DNA from: an uncultured Gemmatimonadales bacterium
GTDB taxonomy: Bacteria > Gemmatimonadota > Gemmatimonadetes > Longimicrobiales > RSA9
NCBI GenBank assembly: GCA_963741945.1
Contig: CAVUKA010000005.1
Location: forward strand, 32,001 to 96,000
Direction of reading: 5' to 3'
DNA: 64,000 nt
Shown here in pieces: positions 8,267-17,581 of this stretch; the first letter of the stretch is position 1; every line of letters starts with the position of its first letter. Under the pieces are notes generated by a model that did not search any database, had not been told where the DNA came from, and saw nothing but the letters and a program-made list of their open reading frames with translations. A program made the position numbers and the translations under genes.

Positions 8267-8824
8267 ATGACGGAGAACGAGCTGATCCAGCGGGCCCAGC
8301 ACGGCAATGAAGCCGCGATGCAGGCGCTCTACCGGCGCCATGCGCCGCGCGTGTACGCCGTGGTGAGGCGCCTGGCGGCGGACGACTCCGTGGCCGACGA
8401 CTGGGCGCAGGAAGCATGGATCCGGGCGTTCCGCGCGCTGCCGAAGTTCCGGGGCGACTCGGCGTTCTCGACCTGGCTGCACCGCGTGGCGGTGAACAGC
8501 GCGCTCCAGGGCCGGCGCCAGCGAGGTCGTCACGAGAGCCGGGAGAGCGAGCTGCCGGCCACGCTCCCCGCGCCGGGCGCGGACCCGACGGTGCTCCGGA
8601 TCACACTGGAGCGAGCGCTCGAGCGGCTGCCCGAGGGGATGCGGGAAGTGATGGTGCTGCACGACGTGGAAGGATTCACGCACGAGGAGATCGGAGACAT
8701 GCTCGGTATCAGCGCCGGCACCTCGAAGAGCCAGCTCTTCAAGGGAAGGGCGAAGATGCGCGACATGCTCCGCGCGGTAGAGGATCAAGCAGAAAGTGGG
8801 GCGTATGTCGCATCTGACGCCTGA
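8267..8824 (+). CDS. ECF sigma-70 factor
   Basis: DDWAQEAWIRAF, FRGDSAFSTWLHRVAVN, HDVEGFTHEEIG..GTSKSQLFKGR. Confidence 0.92.
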   Translation: MTENELIQRAQHGNEAAMQALYRRHAPRVYAVVRRLAADDSVADDWAQEAWIRAFRALPKFRGDSAFSTWLHRVAVNSALQGRRQRGRHESRESELPATLPAPGADPTVLRITLERALERLPEGMREVMVLHDVEGFTHEEIGDMLGISAGTSKSQLFKGRAKMRDMLRAVEDQAESGAYVASDA

Positions 8825-9530
8825 AACGCTGGCCCGGCTCGTGGACGAGCCCGCCAGCGGCGACGAGCAGGGCCACCTTTCCGCGTGCCCGCGCTGCAGC
8901 GCGGAGCTGGCGGCGCTCCGGCAGCAGTGCGAGATGCTCGGGGCCTTGCCCGACATGATGCCGGCGCCGGACCAGTGGGGCGCGATCCGTCAGCGGCTCC
9001 GGGCCGAAGGGGTGGCGCGCACGCGCGACCGGTGGTGGCGGTCACCGGCGCTCGCCCGCGCCGCGGCTGCGGCCGCGCTTTTCGCGGGCGGTGCCGGCGC
9101 GGGGTGGATGGCGCACGCGCTGACCCCAGCGCCCCCGGCAGCGGTGTCGGCGTCAGCGGTGGCGGACGGAGCCGCGGCCCAGGGAACCGGGACCTCGCCG
9201 GCTACGGCCGCGGCCGGGCGCGACGACGACGCGGGCGGGGCCATCTCCGGCTCGACCCTTGCCGATGCCGGCTCCACCAGCGTCACCCGGGACATGGAAC
9301 AGGCCGAACAGGCGTTCCGGGCCACCCTGGACCGGTACATGGCCCAGAACTCCTCGCCGGCCGCGGATCCGGCCGCCCGGCTGGCGGCACTGGACAACAT
9401 CGTCCTCACCACGGCGGAAGCGCTGAAGGCGGCGCCGGCCGACCCGGTCATCAACGGCTACTACCTGACGGCCGTGGCGCAGCGGGACGCGGTGCTTCGC
9501 CAGATCTCGGCCGGGGAGCCGGTCTTCTGA
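8805..9530 (+). CDS. Zinc-finger (HxxxCxxC) anti-sigma factor, membrane anchored
   Basis: HLSACPRC, then a TM helix AAAAALFAGGAGAGW. Overlaps the end of the sigma gene. Confidence 0.8.
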   Translation: MSHLTPETLARLVDEPASGDEQGHLSACPRCSAELAALRQQCEMLGALPDMMPAPDQWGAIRQRLRAEGVARTRDRWWRSPALARAAAAAALFAGGAGAGWMAHALTPAPPAAVSASAVADGAAAQGTGTSPATAAAGRDDDAGGAISGSTLADAGSTSVTRDMEQAEQAFRATLDRYMAQNSSPAADPAARLAALDNIVLTTAEALKAAPADPVINGYYLTAVAQRDAVLRQISAGEPVF

Positions 9531-10705
9531 TGCGGGCCACCGTGGCGGCTCTGCCCCGACGCCTGAGCACGCCGCCCCGCTTTGCCGGCGCCGCGCTGGT
9601 GGTGGCGCTGCTCGCGGCGGTGCCGGCGACGGCGAGGGCGCAGACCCGCGTGCCCACCGACGGGCAGCGCCCCGCATGGCTCGGCGTGGGCTACCAGCTG
9701 CGATGGCTGGAGCACGGGGACGAGTGCCGCCCGGAAGTGGTGGTCTCCTCCGTGATCCACGGCTCGCCAGCCGAGCGCGCCGGCCTGCGCGCGGGCGACG
9801 CCATCGTGGCGCTCGACGGGCAGCCGCTCGGCGCCTTCGCCATCCAGCGCATGGCGGCCGGTCTGGCCGCCGGCGACTCCGTCCGGCTCAGGCTCGCACG
9901 CGGCACGACCGTGCGGGAAGTGACCGCCGTGGCCGAGCGGCGGCCCGCCCGCGTGGTGGTGGCCCCGGGCCCCGCGGAGATCGAGGATCGTGGCGCTCCC
10001 GTCATCGAGCTCCGCGGCGACTCCCTGGTCGCGACCAACGTGGAGCCGGAGCGGAGCTGGAACGGCCCGTTCCCCCCGGGCTACTGGGTGGACTACGGCG
10101 GCGGCCGCGCCGAGTTCAGGCGGCTCTCGTCCTGGGCCCTCACGCCCCTGGACGACCGCGTGGTGAACCTGGTCCAGTGCGCCCGCACGGCCCGTCTGCG
10201 GGCCGAGGCGCTCCCCCTCCCGTCGCCGCCCGCCGCCATCCATGCCCGGGCCGAGAGCCTGCGCGTCGCCCTCGCCCGGCGGGCGCTGGAGCCGCACAGC
10301 GCACCGCCCGGGCCCGACAACTTCCGCTACCTGCCGGCCCCGCTGCCACCCGCGGCCGAGGCCGGGGAGCCCGCGCCGCCACCCGCGCTCTTCTTCTCCG
10401 TCGAAGAGCACGTGGCGGTCGGCATGCGTGCCGTGGCAGGCGCCGAGCTGACCACCCTCGAGCCGGAGCTCGCCGACTACTTCCCGGGCGCCGGGGACGG
10501 CCTGCTCGTCCTTCGCGTCGCACCAGGCAGCCCGGCCGAGGCGGCCGGCCTCCGCCCGGGCGACGTGATCACGGGCGGAAACGGTCGGAACGTGGCGTCG
10601 GTCGACGCGCTCCGCTCTCTGCTCTCCCGCCGCAACGGCGACACCGTGACGCTGCGCGTGGTCCGGCACGGACAGGCGCAGACCGTCACCATCCGGCGCC
10701 GATGA
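9530..10705 (+). CDS. Secreted double-PDZ protein (no protease domain seen)
   Basis: Signal ..ATARA-Q, two GSPAExAGLRxGD PDZ motifs. TGATG coupling to the anti-sigma gene. Confidence 0.85.
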   Translation: MRATVAALPRRLSTPPRFAGAALVVALLAAVPATARAQTRVPTDGQRPAWLGVGYQLRWLEHGDECRPEVVVSSVIHGSPAERAGLRAGDAIVALDGQPLGAFAIQRMAAGLAAGDSVRLRLARGTTVREVTAVAERRPARVVVAPGPAEIEDRGAPVIELRGDSLVATNVEPERSWNGPFPPGYWVDYGGGRAEFRRLSSWALTPLDDRVVNLVQCARTARLRAEALPLPSPPAAIHARAESLRVALARRALEPHSAPPGPDNFRYLPAPLPPAAEAGEPAPPPALFFSVEEHVAVGMRAVAGAELTTLEPELADYFPGAGDGLLVLRVAPGSPAEAAGLRPGDVITGGNGRNVASVDALRSLLSRRNGDTVTLRVVRHGQAQTVTIRRR

Positions 10706-12008
10706 TCCGGTCCGCAGCGGCCAGGCCGGAGCGGACCGCGCCCTCAACGGTGGGCGACACCAGGTAGTCGCCCGCCAGCGCCATCCTCGCCGGCCAGCGG
10801 GCGGGGTCCTGGGACCGCAGCCGCTGGAAATGGCCCGGCGAGGGGACGAATGTGGACGCTGGCAGACGGACGACCCGGGCTTCGGCGACCCGGCCGCGCA
10901 CCCCCGGCACCACCTGATCCAACGCCCGCACGCCCGCCTCCACGACCGCTGCCGCATCAAGCGTCGCCCACCGCTCTCCCTCTTCCGGCGCCGGCACCAG
11001 CACCACGCTCCCACCGCCCCGCCCCACCACGCCCGTTTCCTTCTCCGCCTGCACGCATACCGCCGCCAGCGTGTCGCCCGGCGGCTCCACCCGCGGGATC
11101 GACAGGCCGAACCACCCCGTGCGCACGGACGATTCCAGCGCCAGCACCAGTGTGGCCGTGGAGCGCGTCTTCACCGACGCGAGCCATGGCACCTGCGGCA
11201 CCAGCTCCGCGGCCGACGACGGAGGCACCGCCACCACCACGGCGTCGTGCCACTCCCGCGCGCCGCCGGCATGCACGCTCACACCTTCCTCCCCCGGCTC
11301 CAGCCCGTCCACCGGACGGTCCACCATCACACTCACACCCCGCGACCGGAGCGCGGCCGCCAGACCCGATGAGAGCGCGCCCACTCCGCCCCGCACCCCG
11401 AGCACCGTCACGCCCAGCCCGGTACGCGCCAGGGCATGGAACACCGCCGCGCTCGTCTCTTCCGGCGTGACCCCGTAGTAGGCCGCCAGCAGCGGGTAGG
11501 CCATCAGCTCCACGAACTCCTCCCCCACCTCCCGCGCACCCCATGACGCGATGCTCTCCCCATCCAGCTCCGCAGACGCCGCCGTCAGGTCGTTCAGGTC
11601 CAGAACCGCGGCATGCCGCTCCAGGAACGGCAGGTAGCGGAGCCCCAGACGCAGCTTCAGCCGCGTCGGCAGCGCCCCCGACGTCGCCATCCGCGCCACC
11701 GAGCCGTACCGCAGCGCATGCGCCCGCCCGTCCCGCCAGATCGCGTCCCGCCCCGGCACGCTCACCAACCGCCCACGCTCGCCCAGCGCTTCCGCCAGCT
11801 CCAGCATTCGCGTGTAGTCCGCCGACAGCAGCTGGACCACCGAGTCCGCTCCAACCCCGGCCACCTGCTCCGTCCGCAGCCGCCCGCCCGGCCGGTCCCG
11901 GCCCTCGTACACCCGCACCTCCCGACCTGCGGACCACAGCCGCCACGCGGCCGCAAGCCCCGCCGGACCCGCACCGACCACCGCTACCGAACTCCGCTCG
12001 CCTCTCAT
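10686..12008 (-). CDS. FAD-dependent oxidoreductase, HemY/protoporphyrinogen oxidase-amine oxidase family
   Basis: VVGAGPAGLAAA, GGRLRT, LAGDY..VEGAVRSG. Confidence 0.8.
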   Translation of the reverse strand: MRGERSSVAVVGAGPAGLAAAWRLWSAGREVRVYEGRDRPGGRLRTEQVAGVGADSVVQLLSADYTRMLELAEALGERGRLVSVPGRDAIWRDGRAHALRYGSVARMATSGALPTRLKLRLGLRYLPFLERHAAVLDLNDLTAASAELDGESIASWGAREVGEEFVELMAYPLLAAYYGVTPEETSAAVFHALARTGLGVTVLGVRGGVGALSSGLAAALRSRGVSVMVDRPVDGLEPGEEGVSVHAGGAREWHDAVVVAVPPSSAAELVPQVPWLASVKTRSTATLVLALESSVRTGWFGLSIPRVEPPGDTLAAVCVQAEKETGVVGRGGGSVVLVPAPEEGERWATLDAAAVVEAGVRALDQVVPGVRGRVAEARVVRLPASTFVPSPGHFQRLRSQDPARWPARMALAGDYLVSPTVEGAVRSGLAAADRIIGAGW

Positions 12009-12025
12009 GCGCCGATCATAGACGC

Positions 12026-12060
12026 AAAAAAGCCCGCAGACCACTTCGGTCCGCGGGCTT
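12026..12060 (-). terminator. Intrinsic terminator
   Basis: Minus strand AAGCCCGCGGACC-GAAGT-GGTCTGCGGGC followed by a six-T run. Confidence 0.85.
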
Positions 12061-12085
12061 CATCCCGCCGCCGCCGATCCGACGC

Positions 12086-12328
12086 TCAGGCCGCCGTCGG
12101 CTTCCAGCGTCCGAACGGCAGTGTCGGCTCAGGCCGGACCTTTCCGCCCCAGATGAACGCGCTGATCACCGGCTTCTGCTCCGTCTCCTCCGCCCCGCGA
12201 ATCACGATCCCCGCCGGCAGCTCCCGCTGCGCCTTCTTTGGTGCTTTCACTTCCCCGCTCCTCACCCAGGTCCACGCCTGGCGCATCCCCGCGCCAATCC
12301 CAGGTATAGGGCAGAGTACGTACCACAT
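12086..12328 (-). CDS. Small hypothetical protein (~80 aa)
   Basis: MWYVLCPIPG...GRWKPTAA, purine-rich upstream region, followed by a terminator. Confidence 0.55.
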   Translation of the reverse strand: MWYVLCPIPGIGAGMRQAWTWVRSGEVKAPKKAQRELPAGIVIRGAEETEQKPVISAFIWGGKVRPEPTLPFGRWKPTAA

Positions 12329-12364
12329 GACTGCATTCCATCCATATCCTTCCAGCACAACCCC

Positions 12365-12679
12365 TTACGACGCCTGCCGCCCTCGTCCGCCCACCTCATG
12401 TGTCCCTTCCGGGGGACGGTCTGGTGTGTCGGTCTGACACGCCTTCAGCCACTGGCGGTAGCCGGGGAGCCGGAGCCGCTCGAAGATGAGCCCGTCGACG
12501 GCATCGCGGAGGAGGATCTCCGTGAGCGGGTACTGCTCGTCGGCCGTGTCGAAGAGGCCGGCCACGGCGTGGTCGGCGAGGCTGAGGAGCTCGTCGCGGG
12601 TGAGTGCGGCCTTGTACTCCTCGATCTGGTCTTCGACCCAGTCGGCGTAGGCCTGACGTGGGGAGAGGGGGGCGTCCAT
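12365..12679 (-). CDS. Hypothetical protein (104 aa)
   Basis: MDAPLSPRQAYADWVEDQIEEYK..LTEILL..LRLPGYRQW. RBS GGAGG, starts 2 nt after the upstream stop. Confidence 0.75.
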   Translation of the reverse strand: MDAPLSPRQAYADWVEDQIEEYKAALTRDELLSLADHAVAGLFDTADEQYPLTEILLRDAVDGLIFERLRLPGYRQWLKACQTDTPDRPPEGTHEVGGRGRQAS

Positions 12680-12681
12680 GA

Positions 12682-13257
12682 TCAGGCCTCCCCCAGGATC
12701 TGGCGGGCGATGTCGATGAGGGCGCAGCCTTCTTCGCGGGCGCGAGCGATGAGCGCGGTGGCGGACAGAGCGGGGAGCGAACCGTCCGCGGAGGCCTGGA
12801 CGGCGCGGGCGATGGTGGCGCGCTGACGGCGCCCCTCTTCGGTGCGGCGGTCGCGTTCGGGGTTTACCCGTCTCCATTGGTCGAATTGGTGGAGCGCCAA
12901 GGCGATGGCGGCTCCCAGCTCGGTCATACCGAGGGGCTTCGTGACGCGGGCGAAGATCGGGGGCGACGCGATGTCGTCGGGGAGGTCTGCCGGGTCGTAG
13001 CCGGTGAGCAGGACCACGGGTGTGGGCGCGCGGTCGAAGAGGTCGCGGGCGGCGTCGAGGCCGGAGCGGCCGGGCATGCGGAGGTCGAAGAGGGCGACAT
13101 CGACGGGGAAGCAGGCGCCGAGGGCGAACGCGTGATTTCCATCCCGTGCGGGGCCGAGGACGCGGTAATCGAGGGCAACGAGCTGCTCGCGGAGCGCCAT
13201 GCTGGTGATCGGGTCGTCCTCGGCGACGAGGACGAGGGGGCGCTCGTCCCCGCTCAT
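12682..13257 (-). CDS. Response regulator with divergent ANTAR-like output (PdtaR/AmiR type)
   Basis: VLVAEDD, FDLRMPG, LLTG, TKP receiver motifs. C-terminal RATIARA...LIDIARQIL. Confidence 0.8.
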   Translation of the reverse strand: MSGDERPLVLVAEDDPITSMALREQLVALDYRVLGPARDGNHAFALGACFPVDVALFDLRMPGRSGLDAARDLFDRAPTPVVLLTGYDPADLPDDIASPPIFARVTKPLGMTELGAAIALALHQFDQWRRVNPERDRRTEEGRRQRATIARAVQASADGSLPALSATALIARAREEGCALIDIARQILGEA

Positions 13258-14267
13258 GGGTTCATCTCCCGGTCCGCATCGCGGACCACCACGGCGTCGA
13301 AGCCTCGCCGCTTCAGCTCGGCGGTGACGGCGCGCGCCGGCTCGAGCGCGGTGAAACGTCCCACGCGGACGCGGATGAGCGAGCTGCCCGGCACCCGCAC
13401 CACGCGCGGCTGGTAGCCGGCCTCCTCGAGCCGGGCGACGAGGGCGTCCACGCTCCGCTGGTACCGGAACGCGCCGCTCTGCGCCGAGAACTGTCCGCGC
13501 TCCGGGGCTGGCGGCGTGGCGCGGCTCTGCGGAGCCGGGCGGGGTGCGGATCCACGCGGTGGGGTGGCCGCCGGTACAGTGCGAGCCGGAGTGCTGCGGG
13601 GGCGAGCGTCCCCGGCCGGCGTCGAAGCCACGGCGGCGGCAGCGCACGCGGACTCCTCCTCGGCGCGCAGCATGGCGGCCATGTCGGGGTCGCGGGCATC
13701 CTTCAGTCCGGCACGCGCGGCGGCGCAGGCGGGGCCGGCTCGGTGCAGGCGGGTCTCCGCCCGGGCGAGCCAGAGGAGGCCGGCGGTGTGCTCGGGACGG
13801 CCCGGGTAGTCGTTGTCGAGGCGTCGGAGGTAGCCCGCGGCGCGCGTGATGTCGCCGGCGTCGAGGAGCCCCTGTCCGAGGCGGAGCAACGCTTCCGCGG
13901 CGCGGCTGGACGTGGGATACCCGAGGACCACGGCCAGGTAGTCGGACTCGGCCGCTTCGAGGTCCGTGGCGAGGCGGGCGCGCAGCATGAGGCCGTGGGC
14001 GCGGTCGGAGCCCGGGATGTCGAACTCGTCGCGCGCGGACCACCAGCGCGTGAGCGTGGCGCGGGCAAGGTCGTAGCTGCCGGCGGAGACCAGGCTGTCC
14101 ACGCGGTCGAGCGTGGGCACCGGCTCCTGCGCAGCCAGCGCGGCGGGAGCGGTGATCGTCGCGGCAATGATCAGCGCGGCCGCCAGGGCGGCTGGAGCGG
14201 CGCGGGCACCGGCCCGGGCCATCCTGCCGCCCGCCCCGGTGCGGCGGTGGAATGGAGGCTGGATCAC
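13254..14267 (-). CDS. TPR + SPOR domain protein
   Basis: Signal peptide, TPR (YPTS..AEALLRLG), Pro linker, SPOR FSAQSGAF..RVRVGRF. Start GTG 14267 (GTGA overlap) or ATG 14222. Confidence 0.85.
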   Translation of the reverse strand: MIQPPFHRRTGAGGRMARAGARAAPAALAAALIIAATITAPAALAAQEPVPTLDRVDSLVSAGSYDLARATLTRWWSARDEFDIPGSDRAHGLMLRARLATDLEAAESDYLAVVLGYPTSSRAAEALLRLGQGLLDAGDITRAAGYLRRLDNDYPGRPEHTAGLLWLARAETRLHRAGPACAAARAGLKDARDPDMAAMLRAEEESACAAAAVASTPAGDARPRSTPARTVPAATPPRGSAPRPAPQSRATPPAPERGQFSAQSGAFRYQRSVDALVARLEEAGYQPRVVRVPGSSLIRVRVGRFTALEPARAVTAELKRRGFDAVVVRDADREMNP

Positions 14268-15283
14268 GCCACCCTCCTGCCCTTCGCGGCCCGATGCTGG
14301 AGCCGCAGGAGGAGCTCTTCCATGATCTGCGCGTCGGAGAGCGGCGCGGATTTGAGAAGGCGGTCCGCGCGGTGCAGGTCCTCGAGCGCGGCCTGCAGCG
14401 CATCGGGCGTCCAGCGCCGCGCCTGGCCCGGCACGCGCTTGGCCAGCCAGCGCTGGTGCGGCGGCAGCTCGCGCTGGAGGGCGCCCGGGCCGCCGGCGAG
14501 ACAGATGGCGAGCCGGAGGAACTGGTTGGCGAGCCCGATGACGAGCCCGACTCCGTTTTCCCCCGCCTGCAGGAGCACGGGCAGACCCGCGCGGGCGTAG
14601 TCGAATCTCCGCTCGGCCACCGCATCGATCCACTGCCACCGGTCCTGCCGGGGAACGGTGCCGACCACGGCTTCCACGTCCTTGCGCACTATGCGACGGC
14701 GGTCACCCACGTACTCGCGGAGCTTCTCCAGCTCCCGGACCACCGCGGCCAGGTCGGCACCCACGGCCACAGCGGCGGCGCGGGCGGCATCGGCGTCCAG
14801 CTCGATTCCCTGTCGCTCGGCCCAGGCCATCATCCAGCCGGGCATGTCGGCGTCGGAGAGGCGCGGGAACTCGACCGCGCAGGTCTCCTTCTTGAGTCGC
14901 ATCCAGAGCTTGGCCTTGCTCGCGGAGATGTCCGCCACGAGCAGGAGCGCCAGCCCGGGCGGCGGCGAAGCGGACGCGTCTTCCAGGATCGATCGGGCCG
15001 TCGAGCTCACGGCCAGAGCCTGGGCATCGCGCACCACCACCACCCGCCACTCTGCCATCAGCGGAGGTGTCTGGATGAGCGACGCCAGCGTCTCGGGTGA
15101 AACATCGTGGCCACTGACCTCGTCGAAGTTGAAGTCACGCGTGGCGGGATCGAGATGCGCCTGGATCACCTCGCGGGCCGCCGCATCTCGCAGGTGCTCC
15201 TCTTCGCCGTGCAAGAAGAAAACGCCCCCCCGCGCTCCATCACGGAGCTGGCGGGCGAGGCGTTCGGGGCTCAGAGCCGGCAT
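14264..15283 (-). CDS. holA: DNA polymerase III delta subunit
   Basis: FFLHGEEEHL, DFNFD, PLMAEWRVVVV, ELEKL, DRLLKS. Confidence 0.9.
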   Translation of the reverse strand: MPALSPERLARQLRDGARGGVFFLHGEEEHLRDAAAREVIQAHLDPATRDFNFDEVSGHDVSPETLASLIQTPPLMAEWRVVVVRDAQALAVSSTARSILEDASASPPPGLALLLVADISASKAKLWMRLKKETCAVEFPRLSDADMPGWMMAWAERQGIELDADAARAAAVAVGADLAAVVRELEKLREYVGDRRRIVRKDVEAVVGTVPRQDRWQWIDAVAERRFDYARAGLPVLLQAGENGVGLVIGLANQFLRLAICLAGGPGALQRELPPHQRWLAKRVPGQARRWTPDALQAALEDLHRADRLLKSAPLSDAQIMEELLLRLQHRAAKGRRVA

Positions 15284-15289
15284 CTGTTT

Positions 15290-15943
15290 CTAGTCGATGG
15301 CGCGCGCGGTGGAGGCGGCGGCACCCGCCGCATGGCCCGCCGGCGGTGCGCGGTACTGCGGAGGTCCCGTGACCAGTGGAGAATACGAAGCCCGGACCGC
15401 CCGGTCCACCCTCACCGCCATCCACTGCCGGGGTGGGGCGGAAGGGACGGCCGCCACGCGGAGCCCCGCGGCGGCGACAACGCCGTGACCGGCGGCGACG
15501 CCCACAGCCTCGCCCCCGCGCGATGGCAGCGGCTCCCACGATCCCGGCACTGCACCGCCGCCGCGAGCCACGGCATCGGACGTCTTCGCCCGCCCGGCGA
15601 GGAGCGCGGCGCGCGCGATCCCTTCATCGCGCATGAGGCCCAGGCCGCCCACGGCCGCCAGGACCACCGTGGCCGCCGCGAGCATCCCGGTCACGCCCAC
15701 CCGCGCCTGCGTCCGCCGGCGACGGGCGTCGGCGAGGCGGCCATGGAGCGACGGGAAGAAGTCCCGGGATGGCTCCGGCGGCGGGAGCTGCCGCGCCAGC
15801 ATCCGGCCTTTCCGCAGGACGCGGTCGTAGCGTGCGCAGGACGCGCACACGGCGATGTGCGCCCGGAACGCGGCGTTCTCCTCCGCCGACAGGAGACTGT
15901 CGTCGTAGTCGGAGTAGCGTCGCACGAATTCGCAGCAGGTCAT
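15290..15943 (-). CDS. zf-HC2 anti-sigma factor
   Basis: MTCCEFVRRYSDY.D..L....FRAHIAVCASC, TM helix. Alternative start at 16039. Confidence 0.82.
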   Translation of the reverse strand: MTCCEFVRRYSDYDDSLLSAEENAAFRAHIAVCASCARYDRVLRKGRMLARQLPPPEPSRDFFPSLHGRLADARRRRTQARVGVTGMLAAATVVLAAVGGLGLMRDEGIARAALLAGRAKTSDAVARGGGAVPGSWEPLPSRGGEAVGVAAGHGVVAAAGLRVAAVPSAPPRQWMAVRVDRAVRASYSPLVTGPPQYRAPPAGHAAGAAASTARAID

Positions 15944-16045
15944 CCGGTCGTCTCTGAGTAGCGATCCAGGGTCGAACGGATGGTACAGCGCCGGTCTCCA
16001 GAGGGTTCCGTCCACCCTCCGCGGAGCTGCGCGCTCCATGTACGG

Positions 16046-16678
16046 CTACTCCATGTACGGCGCGATCTTCTCGGCGAACGCGTTGCGGGCGCGGTTGAGC
16101 CGGCTCTTGACGGTGCCCAGGTTCACGCCCGTGATCTCGGAGATCTCCTCGTAGCTCTTCCCCTCGAGCTCCCGGAGGACGAACACCACGCGATGATGCT
16201 CGGGCAGCTCCGCCACCACCTGCTCCACCTTCTCCCGCAGGTCCCGCTTCCGGAACAGGTCGTCCGGGCGATACCGGTTGTCCTCCCACTCCAGCGGGCG
16301 ATGGTCCGCGTCCCAGTTCTTCTTGATCGTCTGGAACAGCACCATCGGGTTCCGCGACCGGTTCCGCAGCTCGTTCTTCGCCAGGTTCCCCGCGATCGTG
16401 TACGCCCAGGTGGAGAACTTCCGGTTCTGGTCGTACCGGTGCAGGTGCCGGTACACCCGGACGAACGTCTCCTGCACCAGGTCCTCCGCCCGCTCCCGGT
16501 CCCCGATCATGCGATGGATGAAGTTCAGCAGACGCAGGTGGTAGCGGTCCGCCAGCGCCGTGAACGCTCGAGCCTCGCCGCTCAGCGTGGCCGCTGCGAG
16601 AGCGGCGTCTTCCAGCTCCGCCAGCTCCTGCCCGCGCGTCTTCCGCTCGGGCTCCGGGATCCGTAGCGCTTGTGCCAT
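16046..16678 (-). CDS. ECF sigma-70 factor (RpoE/SigW-like)
   Basis: AEDLVQETFVRVY, FSTWAYTIAGN, LRELEGKSYEEI..GTVKSRLNRAR. RBS GGAGG. Confidence 0.95.
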   Translation of the reverse strand: MAQALRIPEPERKTRGQELAELEDAALAAATLSGEARAFTALADRYHLRLLNFIHRMIGDRERAEDLVQETFVRVYRHLHRYDQNRKFSTWAYTIAGNLAKNELRNRSRNPMVLFQTIKKNWDADHRPLEWEDNRYRPDDLFRKRDLREKVEQVVAELPEHHRVVFVLRELEGKSYEEISEITGVNLGTVKSRLNRARNAFAEKIAPYME

Positions 16679-16921
16679 CCCCGCCTCCTGGTCCGCATCA
16701 CGCCCCGGACAATCTCGCCCGGCTCCGCCGCGGACGACCGCCCGCGGGCACCCCCCCACAGGGGCACACCCCGGACCAGACGGGCCGATGACCGGAGATT
16801 CCTTGCGGCACAACGGGAACGGTCCGATCGACCGCGCGTCCGGGGTGCCATCGGTGTCCCCGGGAGGGGACAAGGGGAGTGGCGGGAAAAGGACAGGAGT
16901 CGGCGCGGTGACCGCCAGGCC

Positions 16922-17581
16922 TCAGCCCGGCCTGAAGCTCGCCCAGTAGAGGAGCCCGCAGATGGACTTCCCGTCCACGATGCGGCCGTCGCGGACGGCT
17001 TCGAGCGCTTCGGACGTCCGCATGCGCACGGTCTGCATGAACTCGTCGTGGTCGAAGGCCGTGGTGCCGCGGCTGAGGCGGGTCGCAAGGAAGAGGTGGA
17101 TGCGCTCGTCGGTGAAGCCCGGCGTCGTATAGATGGTGGTCAGTCTGCGGAGCGCTCCCGGGACGAAGCCGGTCTCTTCTTCCAGCTCGCGGGCGGCCAC
17201 TTCCTCCCACGGCTCCCCCGCGTGCTGCGGTCGGCCGGCGGGAATCTCGTAGATGTCGCCGCCCGCGGCGTAGCGGAACTGGCGGATGAGGACGATCTCC
17301 GGATCGTCGTCATCGGGGCTGCCGGCCAGCGGAACGACGGCGGCGGCGCCCGAGTGGCGGATGAGCTCGAGCTCGCCCGTGGACCCGTCGGGGAATCGGA
17401 CGGTGTCCAGGGCCAGGTGGACGATGCGGCCATCGTGGAGCGGCCGGGAATCGAGCTGGAACGGCTTGTCGGGCCCGAGCCGCGCGGCGACGCTCGCGTC
17501 CACCAGCTGCGGCGGCCGCTCCGGGGCCGGGCCACCGCGGCTCTCCGGGCCCTCCGGACCGGTGTCGGCCGGACGGCTCAT
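16922..17581 (-). CDS. Nudix hydrolase (ADP-ribose pyrophosphatase-like)
   Basis: RQFRY, EIPAG, AARELEEETG Nudix box, PGFTDE. Confidence 0.9.
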   Translation of the reverse strand: MSRPADTGPEGPESRGGPAPERPPQLVDASVAARLGPDKPFQLDSRPLHDGRIVHLALDTVRFPDGSTGELELIRHSGAAAVVPLAGSPDDDDPEIVLIRQFRYAAGGDIYEIPAGRPQHAGEPWEEVAARELEEETGFVPGALRRLTTIYTTPGFTDERIHLFLATRLSRGTTAFDHDEFMQTVRMRTSEALEAVRDGRIVDGKSICGLLYWASFRPG

